DNA of 64,000 nt from Eledone cirrhosa (lineage: Eukaryota): positions 98,084,001 to 98,148,000 of the forward strand of contig OZ024743.1 in assembly GCA_964016885.1 (NCBI GenBank), given 5' to 3'. Position numbers and translations under genes: made by a program. Shown piece after piece: positions 24,919 to 39,666 of the stretch. Below the pieces are notes generated by a model. It had not been told where the DNA came from and did not search any database. It worked only from the letters and a program-made list of their open reading frames with translations. Position 1 is the stretch's first letter; every line of letters begins with the position of its first letter.

Positions 24919-25745
24919 CTAAGGCGGGTAAAATTCCCGAGATCCATGGACGAGTTCTCTCCAGCTGTCTCTGTCCCTCATTATCGCTGCCATGTCCTGC
25001 GTCTCCAACAGACCAGTGTCTGTCCTTAGGGCATCAACATACGTTAACCTTGGTCTTCCTCTTCTAGTGTGTCCATGTAGGGGCTCCCAAAGGAGCACTG
25101 AGTGCAATGTCAACTCTGGATGTCGGTGAGCATGTCTAGCCAACCTCAGTCTCCTCTGTATCACTTTTGAGCTGACTTTTGGGATGCTCCCATACAGCTC
25201 TGAGTTTTTCATCCTCAGTGTCTACTGATTAATGTTCAGAGCCATCCTCAGCATTCTCGTGTAGCACCCATCCACCATCTGAGTGAGTTTCTTGGTCAGT
25301 GTCCAAGTCTCAGACCCATACAGCAGCACAGACTCCACTACAGAAATGAAGAGGCGGATTTTCAGGTCTCTACGAAGGTCCGACTTCCACACCGATCTCA
25401 AGCTGTGGCACGCCGCCCAGGCTTTGCTCTTCCTCTCAACCACATCATCTTCCGCATTCCCAATCTTTGCTCCCAAATACAGGAAGCCCTCAACCAATTC
25501 TAGCGGCTTCCCGCCTACATTAGTGATCCCCTCTGGCTTCTCTACATTCTCTACCAGATATTTTGTTTTAGTCTCATTCATTCTCAGCCCCACACTCATC
25601 GACACAGTCTCAACCTCCCGCATCAAATCCTCTGCCTCCTTCACTGTATTTGTCACCAAAACTATGTCGTCGGCAAATTCAGCATCCGATACCTTTTTCG
25701 GCCTAACTCTCCTGCTCTGAGCCGGTGCTACAGTAAAGCCAGAGT
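24919..25745 (-). mobile_element. RTE-group LINE, 5'-truncated, in (TA)n
   Basis: [37 protein letters not shown]; one in-frame TAG at 25222-25224. Confidence 0.88.
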
Positions 25746-26148
<403 letters not shown>

Positions 26149-26183
26149 GTAAATGAGTGAAGAATAACGTGGTCGGCTGTACA

Positions 26184-26216
<33 letters not shown>

Positions 26217-28497
26217 CGTGTGTGTGTGTGTATGTATATGTATCTATTCCAGACACACGTCATTTCGGTGTTGTTAATATGTTGATGGTTTTATATTATA
26301 AAAGAATACAGCTTATAACAAAATATACCTTATACCAAAAGGAAAGTGAGCTTGAAAGCTTTTAATCTGATAATTACTATAGTAAGAAAAGCTGTGATTT
26401 CTATAATGCTCCATTTGGTAGTTGTTAACACCATTTTTTATGTATCAATCACTCCGCTGGTCATTCGCAAATATGCGATAATGTTTTTTAATGCTATTCT
26501 TTATTTTAAATTCTTTCGTTTCTGCCTCATATATGAAATGTTATCCCAAAGGCAAAGTTCAGCGAGATGTCTGTCAATCAAGTTAACAACATATTTTAAA
26601 TACAAGAAACAATATGAAAAAAAAGTTAATTTTAGAAACGATGAAGGTTATGTAAACTGCTTATAAGGTCTCTTTTATTTTTTCAATCCCCTTTTAAAAT
26701 ATTGATTTCTTACATTGGTACAAGGCTACAGATTTAAATGATTGTAGTGGGTGTAGTTGATATAAGCGCATCACAGTATATTACTGGTACTTATTGGCTG
26801 CAAATTAACGAAAGCAGAGTTTTAATCCCCATTTTGATGTAACCCCTGAACATAAATGAGTGTAACTACAAGTAATATTGTCTACTTATTAGTTTAATTC
26901 CCTTTTTAATATATTTTCCAAAAAGTAAAGTGGGAATGTTTTTTTTTCTTTTGATATATTGGATATATTTATTTCAATTGTACAAAATGATAAATAAAAG
27001 TTTTCCTTATATTTTGAAATTCAAATTGAAACTAATCTGGGCATGTTTGAAATTCCATTGTAGAAAATAACGAGAGAAAACTGTCCGATCCTGTAAACTG
27101 AGTCTGCCATCCAATTTCGATAAACATTTGAAGCCAATTTACTTCTCTTATTCTGTCAATCTACCTGTCACAATCCAATATACCTGTGTTTCATCAGATA
27201 ATCAATAACGAGACTGTTTCTGAATTAAGAACGTTTTTTTTTATTATGATAAATACTTAGAGCAGCTACCTCATCTGTGGCACCTGTTTGACTGTTAAAT
27301 TATATATTACCTCTACCATACTAACCAAAGTGCATCTATAATACTTACCTGGAGAATTCTCTTTCATCGTGGTACCTTTTTATAGTAGTGAGGCACATAG
27401 CACCATTCTGAGATTTAATTAGTGCCAGAAAAAGTTACTTTTCTGTAGAACCTGCTTACAGATGTAAATTATATATGACTTCCAAATTATCTGGAGCTAG
27501 GTGGACTCAGTTTTTGAGAACAAGCTTCTTGACTAAAACACAGACAATTACCAGTAGTAGGTTATAAAACTGTTATGTTTAGAACGTCAACCCTTAAGAA
27601 ACTTTCTTGCGCCGTCATACTTCCCACTGGAGACTTGAATAATTGTGATATATTTTTCCTTCATTGTTATCCGTGTTAATATTTAACATATGGAGATGCA
27701 TTCTCTTTTGAAAATAACATTTTAATCACAAACTTATAATATATTTGCTTTTTGTTTTCTTTTAATGGTTTTAACTTATATTTTTTTTGTTTTTTCTTTG
27801 TTTTTTTTTCTTTTCAGCCTTAAAGACCAAAAATAGAATTTGATACTATCAAGTGCTGTGCATATTCAGCCGACTCAATCAAAAATCTATGCAACATAAC
27901 AGAAACTATTCACTTCAAATGTGCAGTGCAGAAAACACCAACAAGACCAATAAACGACCATGTGATAAGAGCGATACCCATGGCTAGAATGCAGAACATA
28001 CGGACAATGATTTCATCCAACACTATAGTGTTGTCAATAATTTATTTATCTATTCCAGATGTCTATATTGTAACAAGAAAATATTTATTCCAATCAACAA
28101 ACATACTACTTGCTATATTTTAAGCAATTCAGAGGAATTTTATTAAGTAATTTGAAAAATATACATAAAATTCATGTATGATAATATTTTGCTGCCACAT
28201 CAGATACAAAACTTAAACTATATTTTAAAAATGGAATTTTTTCAAATGAATTGAAACAGCAAGTAATCACTTAGTTCGGTGTATAAAAGCGTATAAATAT
28301 ATGCTTATAACATCGTTAAACTTGCTGTAGAGTAAAAGTTTAGTTTATACATCCGCCTACCTCGAATCTTCAGCAGATCACGTGTGAGGCAGTGATTCCA
28401 CGGATTCCATGATTGTTTGGCTAGCCGCATGGTTCGAGCTGGCCGTCATGCAATATAGAGCATGAAACCTAGAATTATTAGTAAACAGAATATATAG

Positions 28498-28714
28498 GGC
28501 GGTGGGTTAGCAGAATGGTTAGAGCCTGGGACAAAATGCTTTGCAGCATTTAGTTAGGACTCTACTTCTGATTTCAAATCCTGCCGGGGTCAACTTTGCC
28601 TTTCATCCTTCCGGGGTCGATAAATAAAGTACCGGTAATGTACTGGGGTCGATATAGTCGGCTTTACTCTCCCTCAAAATTGCTGGTCTGGTGCCTGAAT
28701 TAGAAATCGTTATT
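28498..28714 (+). mobile_element. tRNA-derived SINE, related longer subfamily
   Basis: TAGCAGAATGG A-box, TTCAAATCC B-box, GCCTTTCATCCTTCCGGGGTCGATAAATAAAGTACC core; TAAACAGAAT present near both ends. Confidence 0.85.
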
Positions 28715-29604
28715 AAACAGAATGTAAAGGACATGCACTGGATTGAAGCTGATCATCAGTCGGTATTAATATTTCAGATCGAAAAGCAACGATATATTTA
28801 CTTATTTCCGTATATAAAATAATATTTATATATTAAATATTTATATATGTTTTAAGTATGCCTAATACATGTGTAAGCTTGGTATTGAGTAACAATTAAG
28901 TTTTCAAATATTATGTATCCAGAAAGTTCCGTGAAGCATCGTTGTGAAAGAATATGTACCTAAACGATTTTACCTACTTCTTTAAAGCATAATTCAATGT
29001 TTCATGTAAACATCACAAAACTCAGTTATTTTCATAAAATATTCAATTTTGTATAATTTAAGTAGTTACATGAACAAATTCAATTTCGTTTCAAGTACTA
29101 CAGGTATTCCGAGGGAAATGTGTACACGAGCTATTTACACTAGCATTAAGATGAATTAATTGTGAAGAATTGGTAATTTCAAGAAAATATTTGATATCCA
29201 ATTGTGGTGAGTAAAACTAGAGAACATTTGCAAAACTAAAATTTTGAGCAAATTAAATATCAACAAAACCAATTTATGAATATAGGTATGCATTAATATG
29301 CATTCATCCTATATAGTAGCTTCAATCTCCTGTCTGTAAGTGCTGGTTTACACATATCTTATACCAGACTTTTATAGTTATGTTAGACAGTTATTTGTTT
29401 GGAGAATACTGCATTCTTCCCACAGGCTTCATATATGTGACTATGTATATATATATATATATGTGTGTGTGTATGTGTGTGTATGTATGTGTATACATAC
29501 ATACATACATACATACATACATACATACATACATACATACATACATACATACATACATACATACATACATACATACATACATACATACATACATACATAC
29601 ATAC

Positions 29605-30137
29605 ATCGTTTTTATATTTGTTTTGCAAGATGTATTATCTGAAAACATGTGTTGAAACAGATATTTTTTTTACTTTGGGAGGGTCATCCTACCAATAAAA
29701 CAAAACACACACATCTGTTAGGTTTCACTTCAATTTATTATTACAATTTCCCAGACGGTTAGTTTAATAACATGATGTTTGTTTAGTTCTTGATTGTCAT
29801 CAGACCTCTTTCGTTACACATTCTGTGACATCCTCAGTGGCTACATTTGTTGTATTGTGTATCTACTTTGTTCCGTCTTGCACTAAAATGGTGTAATATA
29901 GAACACCAAGATTGTGTAGGAAGGAACAAAGGAGAGACACCAATAACAACAAAAGTAGTCATTGAGAAGGTCTGAGAATGTGTGACGAAAGAGCTTTGAT
30001 GACAATCAACAACTAAACAACCATACGGTTATTAAATTAACCAACTGGGAAATTACAATAAGAGATTGAAGTAAAACCCACCAGGAGCGCGTGTTGTTTC
30101 TTCATTGCCAGCATGAACTTCCCAAAGTATAACAATA
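29605..30137. mobile_element. Fold-back element, second member of the 1692-2220 family (opposite orientation)
   Basis: Arms TACTTTGGGAGGGTCAT... (29671) and ...CCCAAAGTATAACAATA (30137); minus-strand CTGAGGA..GAAA-GAGG-TC at 29799-29841. Confidence 0.8.
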
Positions 30138-30179
30138 GATAGACAGATAGATGGAGAATATATATATATATATATATAT

Positions 30180-30275
30180 CTAAGGCGGGTAAATTTCCCG
30201 AGATCCATGGACGAGTTCTCTCCAGCGGTCTCTGTCCCTCATTATCGCTGCTATGTCCTGCGTCTCCAACAGACC
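30180..30275 (-). mobile_element. 96-bp 3' end of the RTE-group LINE, in (TA)n
   Basis: Near-identical to 24919-25014. Confidence 0.85.
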
Positions 30276-30321
<46 letters not shown>

Positions 30322-30506
30322 ATGTATGTATATATGTACATATGTATTACCAACAAAGGCGGTTGCTCGCAGTTCGTGAAGTTCTACTGGGAGTAAACTT
30401 TATTGTGTATCTCTTATTGTCTCCCCTTTTCTGAGGGAATCGCTTACAATTAGAAGCAACCTTTCATAAATTAAGAATTTAGTTCCTATGGCATTCAGTA
30501 TAGCCC

Positions 30507-30537
<31 letters not shown>

Positions 30538-30641
30538 ATCATAGAAGGATCGGGTAGTGTAACGGTAGTAATAAATAGCAGCCATCTTTTTTTCTTCATC
30601 AGCTACCCCGTATTGAATGCTATTTCGTGCATATACCTATA

Positions 30642-30793
<152 letters not shown>

Positions 30794-30969
30794 CATGTTT
30801 GTGTGTGTGGCGTAGTGATTGAAGTGTTGGGCTCACGATCGTTTGGTCCTGAGCTTGATTCCCGTACCAAGCAGGGTATTGTCCTTGAATGTAACCCTTT
30901 ATTTTATGTTGGTCTCCAGTCAATTCCGCAAGCAAAAATGTGTTGCACGAGTAATTCAAACAGCCAGCT

Positions 30970-31024
<55 letters not shown>

Positions 31025-31101
31025 TGTGTGTGTGTGTATCTGTGTGTGTATTTGAATTTCGTATTTCTAAAGAAATACGGTATCTTTATAAATAAATATT
31101 T

Positions 31102-31463
31102 AGAAAGCCAAAGCTATGAACAACACACTGGCAGCTAACGCCACCAGGTGGTGTCCAGCAGAAGCAAGGGGGACAATTGTCGATACATTTCTAACTCAAC
31201 TTGTTCTCGTCAAGACGATCTCTCCCGCTCTTGCCAACTTATACAGCTTCATATGCAAATGAGATTAATGCCCTCATTTACACAGACAACAAAACTATAT
31301 ATTGTCGCCTGTCTTCAAAGTCCGGCAGTTGCAAGGGCGGGAGGGATCGTCCTGATGAGGACCGGTTGAGGTCGAAATGCATGGACGATTGTCCCCCTTG
31401 CTTCTGCTGGACACAGCCTGGTGGCGTTAGCTGCCAGTGTGTTGTTCATAGCTCTGGCTATCT
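31102..31463. mobile_element. Fold-back element with hammerhead motifs in both arms (each mutated)
   Basis: 31102-31238 is inverted to 31327-31463; plus-strand ATCGTC-CTGATGA-GGACC..GGTC-GAAA-TGCA-TG-GACGAT at 31346-31389. Confidence 0.85.
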
Positions 31464-31479
31464 GACTGTGTGTGTACGT

Positions 31480-31957
31480 GTGTGTATGTATGCATATATG
31501 TATGTATACATATATGTATGTATACATATATGTATATATACATATATGTATACATTTATGTATGTATATATATATGTATGTATACATATATGTATGTATA
31601 CATATATGTGTGTATACATATATGTATGTATACATACATATATGTATGTATACATATATGTATGTATACATATATGTATGTATACATATATGTATGTATA
31701 CATATATGTATGTATACATATATATATGTATACATGCATTTATGTATGTATACATATATGAATGTATACATATATGTATGTATACATTTATGTATACATA
31801 CATAAATGCATGTATACATATATGTATACATACATATATGTATACATACATATATGTATACATACATAAATGCATGTATACATACATATATGTATACATA
31901 CATATATGTATACACACATAAATGCATGTATATGTATGTATACATATATGTATATAC
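31480..31957. repeat. Complex TATGTATGTATACATA-type tandem repeat that switches strand midway
   Basis: Direct reading; TATG-rich first half, CATA-rich second half. Confidence 0.9.
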
Positions 31958-32919
31958 AGTAAAGTTAGAACTATACAAACAATGCTCGAAGTAGAGAATT
32001 ATTATAAATGATAGTTTGTAATTTGCAGGTCTTTTTTATTATTAGTCCAATGCACTTATATAATATATAGGTTTGAAGAGAAACACGTTATTAGTGAGAA
32101 AGATATGGAGATGTAGACATAAACAACTATATCGACAGAAAAATCAACTTCTATCATTTTTTCCTTACCTTGTTTCAACGAATTGTACATCAAATTATTT
32201 GAAATGTTACGAAACATTTGCTTAATTTCATATACAAGCGTAGATACATCACTTTCTTTACTCGCCTTTTTGTGTAAACTCCCTTGTATTTGTCCCCTTC
32301 TTTTGCGCCCTCGTGGTAATAAATAGAAATATATATATCGTATAAAAGTTTTCAAATGAAAAGGAATACGAGTGTAATATTAATTTTACCTTAGGTACGA
32401 CTCATCAACCTACGACATGTGTCATTAGTAGAGTGTAAATGTTAAAAAAGTTTTTCTATGTGGTTCCCGTGTCATTATACTAACTTCAAAGATATAAAAA
32501 AAAGAATAAACAAAAAAGTTTATTCAAAAACAAAAACCTTATTTTACTTCTAGTAAAGGAAGATAATTCATGAAATTAACCCACTCAATTTTTGTATCCT
32601 GTAGGTTAAGAAAACTTATTTCAAATGAGTAGCATTTATTACCTAATAAAAACATTTATAGGGGGACACATTCACATACATACAGAAATATATATACATA
32701 TATAGGATCATTGGCGTCCCTGCATATGTTTACACACATATATACTTGTGTATATTCACACACACATAAAGGTGCATATATTAATACAAACACACCTATC
32801 GACAGTCGATCGACAAGATCCAAAACCTCATTCGCTTAACGAGTGGGGTGGAGGTCTTCAAATCAGACCGAGGAAACAATGTTTCCGTTGCTCTTTCCAG
32901 TTGCTAATACTATCTGTCG

Positions 32920-33057
32920 GTCACAAGTCCAGGCAGAAGGAGCAACGTGAAATAAAATGTCTTGCTCAAGGACATAACGCATCGCCTCGGTCCGGAAATC
33001 GAACTCACAACCTCACGATTGCTAATCCAATTTTATAACCACTCAGCCACGCGCCTT
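32920..33057 (-). mobile_element. tRNA-derived SINE of a second family
   Basis: GTCTTGCTCAAGGACATAAC...ATCGAACTCAC...AACCACTCAGCCACGCGCC (antisense A and B boxes); a related plus-strand copy lies at ~30808-30925. Confidence 0.7.
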
Positions 33058-33989
33058 CATTATATACCTATATAATCACATGTGCATATAGATTTCAGGG
33101 ATATATATCTATACATATCTACATGCCCGCATGAGAAGGTATATATACAGGTATGCCCCCATAGCTGGACACATAATCAAATCTTCGTGTATAGATTCAT
33201 AGATCAAGAATTGTATGTCAGCCCACATCAAAATAGATACCACTACAGACACACCCATTTAGATGCTACAAGATGTTTACTGTGATGTTAATCGTGTTAG
33301 GGTCAATTGCGGGAATATAAGTTCCCAGAAAAATGTACCTCTCCCCAAATGCATATATACACATATACATGTATACAAAGTGACAGTTGTAACCGCACAG
33401 AAATTCCATCATCCATACACGCACACCTATACAGAGTAATGTTTAGCAATATACCACTGCACAAAAGCTTACAGTCGCATTCATGATAATGTACAACATG
33501 GCTGATAGTGCACACCTCCCTATCTGATTCAGAATCAGTTCAATGTGCTTATGATAAGAAGAAAGGGTAGACTTCCTGATGTGTGGTAGAAGGAAAAGGA
33601 GGACCTACACACAGAGAAAATATGCAAACAAGCAATCGTTATTTAAAAATATACGTTAATAGTGTAACTGTCTCTCCTAGCCAACTGCGTCTGTATATAG
33701 AATCCCTTCTTATAGAGATATCCAAGAGTACCCGCTTACAACTTCCTATATTAAGATGGATATATATACACACATACATACACATACATCTGTATATATA
33801 CACATGCATATAGGCCTTCACGCTAATATATATACTTACATTAACACATACATTCTCGTATATGTAGGGGTATAAATACACAATCTAAGATAAACTCTTA
33901 AAAATGTATCCCTAATTATACACAATCGCCAATTAACCTATAAAAATAAAAATATACAGTAAATATTAAAATCAGAAAATAAAAGAATA

Positions 33990-35000
33990 AGATAGAAGTG
34001 ACCAGAAGAACCACTAGGTGGGATCGTATACCTTAATAAAGAATGAATAAGAGAGGCGATGTGGACAATTCATTACAAATTCGTTCCAAGTATTCAAAGG
34101 ATATGGGGTCGACATTGTGATAAAATACGCCTCCGAGAGACATAATTGACAAAGGCCTTATTGTTGTTACAGGAGTAGACTTATCTAGAATCCCCCATTG
34201 TAGTTTATAGCTAATTTTAGAGTTAATTAGATTATTCATATACCGTGCTAAGGGAATAATGTGCTTAAGTTTATTGTTTTTAAATGAGTTAAGTCGGAAT
34301 TATAGTGGGTCTTGAATGGATTAGCTGCGACTCCCTTATGTTGTGTTCTTACATTTATATAGAGGTTAATTGTTAGGTATGATCCATTAAGAGGACAATT
34401 AATGAGATCTCTACAGTTACAGTTTATATTAGAGGAAAGAGTAGAGATTTCTGGAGGGTTTAAAGTGTTATTGGTTCTCATGTTAAAGTTACTCTCTTCT
34501 CGGTTACATTTCAGTGGTTTTACTTAATATTTAGGATTGTTATTTATATGTATGTGAATATTCCTGTTAGGTGTGGGAAGCAAGCCTGCATATTTATTTC
34601 TTTTATTTAGAGGGTATATATTAGATTTTTTTTACTGTACTTTTAAATATAGCTTCAGGGGATTTTAATGAGCGTATCATAGTTGCAGGCTTATTGATTT
34701 TCTTATTTACCTACACTTTTACTGCCCATCTTGGAATTATTATTGCTAAGTTTACTACTGTGTGTAATGATATTAGACGTATGTAGAATCAGTATTTGGG
34801 ATGTAAGCAAGCTTACTGCTATACCCGGATTTAGACTACATCATTGGAATACCACGCAGTGACGTTGGATATATCTTCGTTAGCCGATAGCTTAGAAATG
34901 CTATGGGTTATGCTCCTAACAATTGAGTTACTAATAGAACTAGGATGGTTGAATAGTCTATTTACATACTATAGAATAATGTTGACATGGAAACCTCGTT
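33990..35000 (-). pseudogene. Degenerate Naiad-like PLE
   Basis: NCNCRDLINCPLNG and YKLQWGILDKS in ORFs 34248-34481 and 34033-34239. Confidence 0.65.
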
Positions 35001-35085
35001 GAAAAACTGTTAAAATTTTAGCATTTACACTGTAGTAACAATACAGTTTGTAGGTTCATCATTCCTGCTTAAGGTAAAATGGTAT

Positions 35086-36425
35086 TTCCCACACATTCCC
35101 ACTTATTCCCACACATTCCCTCACATTCCCACACATTCCCACATATTCCTTCACATTCCCACACATTCCCACACATTCCCACACATTCCCACACATTCCC
35201 ACACATTCCCTCACATTCCCTCACATTCCCACACATTCCCACACATTCCTTCACATTCCCACACATTCCCTCACATTCCCTCACATTCCCACACATTCCC
35301 ACACATTCCCACACATTCCCACACATTCCCTCACATTCCCTCACATTCCCACACATTCCCACACATTCCCTCACATTCCCACACATTTCCTCACATTCCC
35401 TCACATTCCCACACATTCCCACACATTCCCACACATTCCCTCACATTTCCACACATTCCCACACATTCCCACACATTCCCTCACATTTCCACACATTCCC
35501 TCACATTCCCACACATTCCCTAACATTCCCACACATTCCCACACATTCCTTCACATTCCCACACATTCCCACACATTCCCACACATTCCCTCACATTCCC
35601 ACACATTCCCTAACATTCCCCACATTCCCTCACATTCCAACACATTCCCACATATTCCCACACATTCCCACACATTCCCTCACATTCCCACACATTCCCA
35701 CACATTCCCTCACATTCCCTCACATTCCCACACATTCCCATACATTGCCACACATTCCTTCACATTCCCACACATTCCCACACATTCCCTCACAATCCCT
35801 CACATTCCCACACATTCCCATACATTCCTTCACATTCCCACACATTCCCTCACATTCCTTCACATTCCCACACATTCCCACACATTCCCACACATTCCCT
35901 CACATTTCCACACATTCCCTCACATTCCCACACATTCCCACACATTCCCACACATTCCTTCACATTCCCTCACATTCCCTAACATTCCCACACATTCCCA
36001 CACATTCCTTCACATTCCCACACATTCCCACACATTCCCACACATTCCCTCACATTCCCACACATTCCCTAACATTCCCCCACATTCCCTCACATTCCAA
36101 CACATTCCCACATATTCCCACACATTCCCACACATTCCCTCACATTCCCACACATTCCCACACATTCCCTCACATTCCCACACATTCCCACACATTCCCA
36201 CACATTCCCACACATTCCCTCACATTCCCACACATTCCCACACATTCCCACACATTCCCACACATTCCCACACATTCCCTCACATTCCCACACATTCCCA
36301 CACATTCCCACACATTCCCACACATTCCCACACATTCCCACACATTCCCACACATTGCCACACATTCCCACACATTCCCACACATTCCCTCACATTCCCA
36401 CACATTCCCACACATTCCCACACAT
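35086..36425. repeat. 10-bp tandem satellite (CACATTCCCA/CACATTCCCT), about 134 units
   Basis: Direct reading. Confidence 0.97.
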
Positions 36426-37231
36426 TATCTCTCTTCCGAAGAGAAGGATTGTACAATCATAGTTATATATTTATGGACACAGATTATGCGAAATATTTAT
36501 AACATTTCAAATAATTGGATGTACAACTCTGAAACATGTGTAAGGGAATAACTATGGTGTTTTAAATGATAGAAGTAGATTTTTCCATCGATATGGTTGT
36601 TTATATGAATATGAATGTGTGTGTATGTATGTGTGTATGTATATACATATGTATGTATATATATATGTATATATGTGTATATGTGTGTATATATATATGT
36701 GTGTGTGTGTGTGTGTATGTATGTATATATATATATAATGAGTCAGTTGGGCAGTAGGCTTACGTACGAATATATAAACATTTATACCAGCTTGTGCATT
36801 TAATATGCACAATCGTGTATTTGTGTGTGCGTGTTTCTGTAACAGGGGAGGGGGGCACAATGATTAATTAGGCTCGCAAGAACTGTTAATTACAAAACAC
36901 AATTGTTGTAATAAATTAGAATTTACTATAATTAATTGGTGTAATAAATTAACGCCACATCATTTTGTCAGACTGGCCACTATCTACAAATGAATAATAT
37001 GTATTATGCATTTTATGTAATATTAGATAATGTCAATTAATAATAGAAATTCATTAACTCCTTTGCTGAAGCTGCAAGGTTCCCACACACCAGAGGACGC
37101 TCCTTAGCATCACTGGGGTTGTGAGGATTAAGTATTCTTTCTCGTATTATTATTGTATTTAGACTCACTGTTGTTGTTGTCATTTCAACAACTAAGAATT
37201 AGAAATAAACTGTTCTGCATTAATGTGGTGT

Positions 37232-37309
<78 letters not shown>

Positions 37310-37501
37310 TGTAATAAACAACATAAGGCAATTATTCCATTTACCAGTGGTTTCTTAAAAGCAAAGAATTTTGCTTTCAATCCTCAGAATGAAAAAATCC
37401 TGGTCTGTTTATTGAATTGGGATTTTAAAAAACGTGTTAAAAAGCTCTGTTACCTACATAGAGCACTCTTTTTTCCTGGACTTTTCCGACGGAATTACTT
37501 C

Positions 37502-37534
<33 letters not shown>

Positions 37535-37536
<2 letters not shown>

Positions 37537-37794
37537 AGGTCCGAACACAATAGAACCAAACTTCCACTGTCACTGCCTTCATCTCTCCCGCTCTCCCCCA
37601 ACTCTCACAATTATAAGTAAATGGGGGCCAGTACTATAGCCACCCCGCGGCTCTGGCGGACAGAAACGAGAAGGCGTTTCCCCAGAGGATGTTGAGGGAG
37701 AGGCGCTGGAAGAGCCATTCCAGCTCACGAGGCTCAGACGAGCGGGTAGCCAGCTCTTGGTCAATTGTTGTGAATAGGGAGGTGGTCCTAGGGC

Positions 37795-37797
<3 letters not shown>
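37535..37797 (-). mobile_element. CRE-clade LINE 3' fragment in (TA)n
   Basis: EWLFQRLSLNILWGNA matches the CRE C-terminal FQRLS....RGNA motif. Confidence 0.7.
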
Positions 37798-37853
<56 letters not shown>

Positions 37854-38149
37854 CGCATTGCCGTGGCTTTCAAACTTCGAATTCTTTATACCATATACAA
37901 TGCGTCAAGTAAACTACGAATTCCTTATATGTATGTATATATATATATATATTGCCAGGTGGTGCTATTAAGTTACACATGGCCTGGGCCAATACTGGCC
38001 GAAACCTATCAAAGGTATCAAAGGTATATATATATATATATCCAGGGAATGGTGACGCGGAGTTACTGTAGGTTCACCCGGGTGAGCACTCGATGTTTAG
38101 GTTCACGTCAGTTCGAGGTGTAGAGCTAGACAGAGTGTAATATAATAAT

Positions 38150-38229
38150 TGTTTCTACTCTTAGCACAAGGCCAGTAATTATCCTACTGTATTACTGGTA
38201 CTTTATTTTATCGACCCCTTAAGGATGAA
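38150..38229 (-). mobile_element. 5'-truncated SINE with 18-bp target duplication
   Basis: AGAGTGTAATATAATAAT at 38132-38149 and 38230-38247. Confidence 0.85.
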
Positions 38230-38402
38230 AGAGTGTAATATAATAATATAAAAACGAATGGTTACTCCTTCATTACGACGAGCTGTTGATTCCAGAGTCG
38301 GGCTAGATCGATACAGATCGAACCTTGAGCTGATCAGTAGCGAAACTCGAGTCACCAACCAATAAACGTCATGAAGGTGTAACCATTCGTCCTTGTATTT
38401 TC

Positions 38403-38774
<372 letters not shown>

Positions 38775-39589
38775 GTGCAGTTAGTTTAAATTCTACCTAC
38801 ACTATCATTTACTCGTTTTCTTCATTCGTGTGTTTCTATCCTAGCTATACTCGCGCATTTCAATGTTTTCAAAAAGAACTTTACATCGTTTGAATTGCAG
38901 CTTTGTTTTGTATTGATGTGCTTTCCTCATAAAACCCCATCACGTAGCATTTGCTTCGGTGTCTTTTGATATTTCATTCATATAAGTCCAGTCAAATGTA
39001 AACAGTGCTTGTGTACCAATGTCTCAATAATAATGAAGTTAGCTCTCTTCAGAACATTAGTGTCTATCACCCGGGAGATCTAGCTATCATTTATGTTGTG
39101 CCTTAAACATTTCTGATGAAGGCGCTCAAGAACTCTTAGATGGTGCTTGTAATGGACCCATATTTAACATGAGTAAGAACGAAAACGCACAATTGATGAA
39201 AGTAACGGTGCTTCGCACATATACCACTTTATTTGTAAGGTCTGCCCAAAGACATGTGGAATACGGCGGGCTGAAATGTTTCTGTAGGAATCATCGTTCG
39301 TAGTTAGTGATGGTCTTCCTCTGATACGAATGCTCAACCAGCTTACATATAATGTATCTGTTTATATACTTATGTATATTCAGACACACACACATACACA
39401 CACACACACACATACATATATATAAATATATATCGAGAGAGAGAGAAAGAGAGACAGACAGACAGACAGAGAAAGAAAGGGAGGGAGGAAGATAACATAC
39501 ATAGATAGATAGACAAACAGACAACTGTATATGCGTATATATAAATATAAAAGTACTTACGTATATGTATATACATATATATACATATA

Positions 39590-39666
39590 CAGAGTGCCAC
39601 CCAAAAATGTATACACACTTCAACAGCATTCTAATAAATATGTGTATACATTTTTAGGACACCCTG
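39590..39666. mobile_element. Tiny Tc1/mariner-type MITE
   Basis: CAGAGTGCCACCCAAAAATGTATACAC ... GTGTATACATTTTTAGGACACCCTG inverted termini, TA on the left. Confidence 0.7.

Noticed and set aside
35079-36551. 490-aa ORF
   Set aside because: Translation of the 10-bp satellite; no domain or splice support.
39113-39285. Hammerhead starting at CTGATGA 39114
   Set aside because: Could not assign stems I and III consistently.
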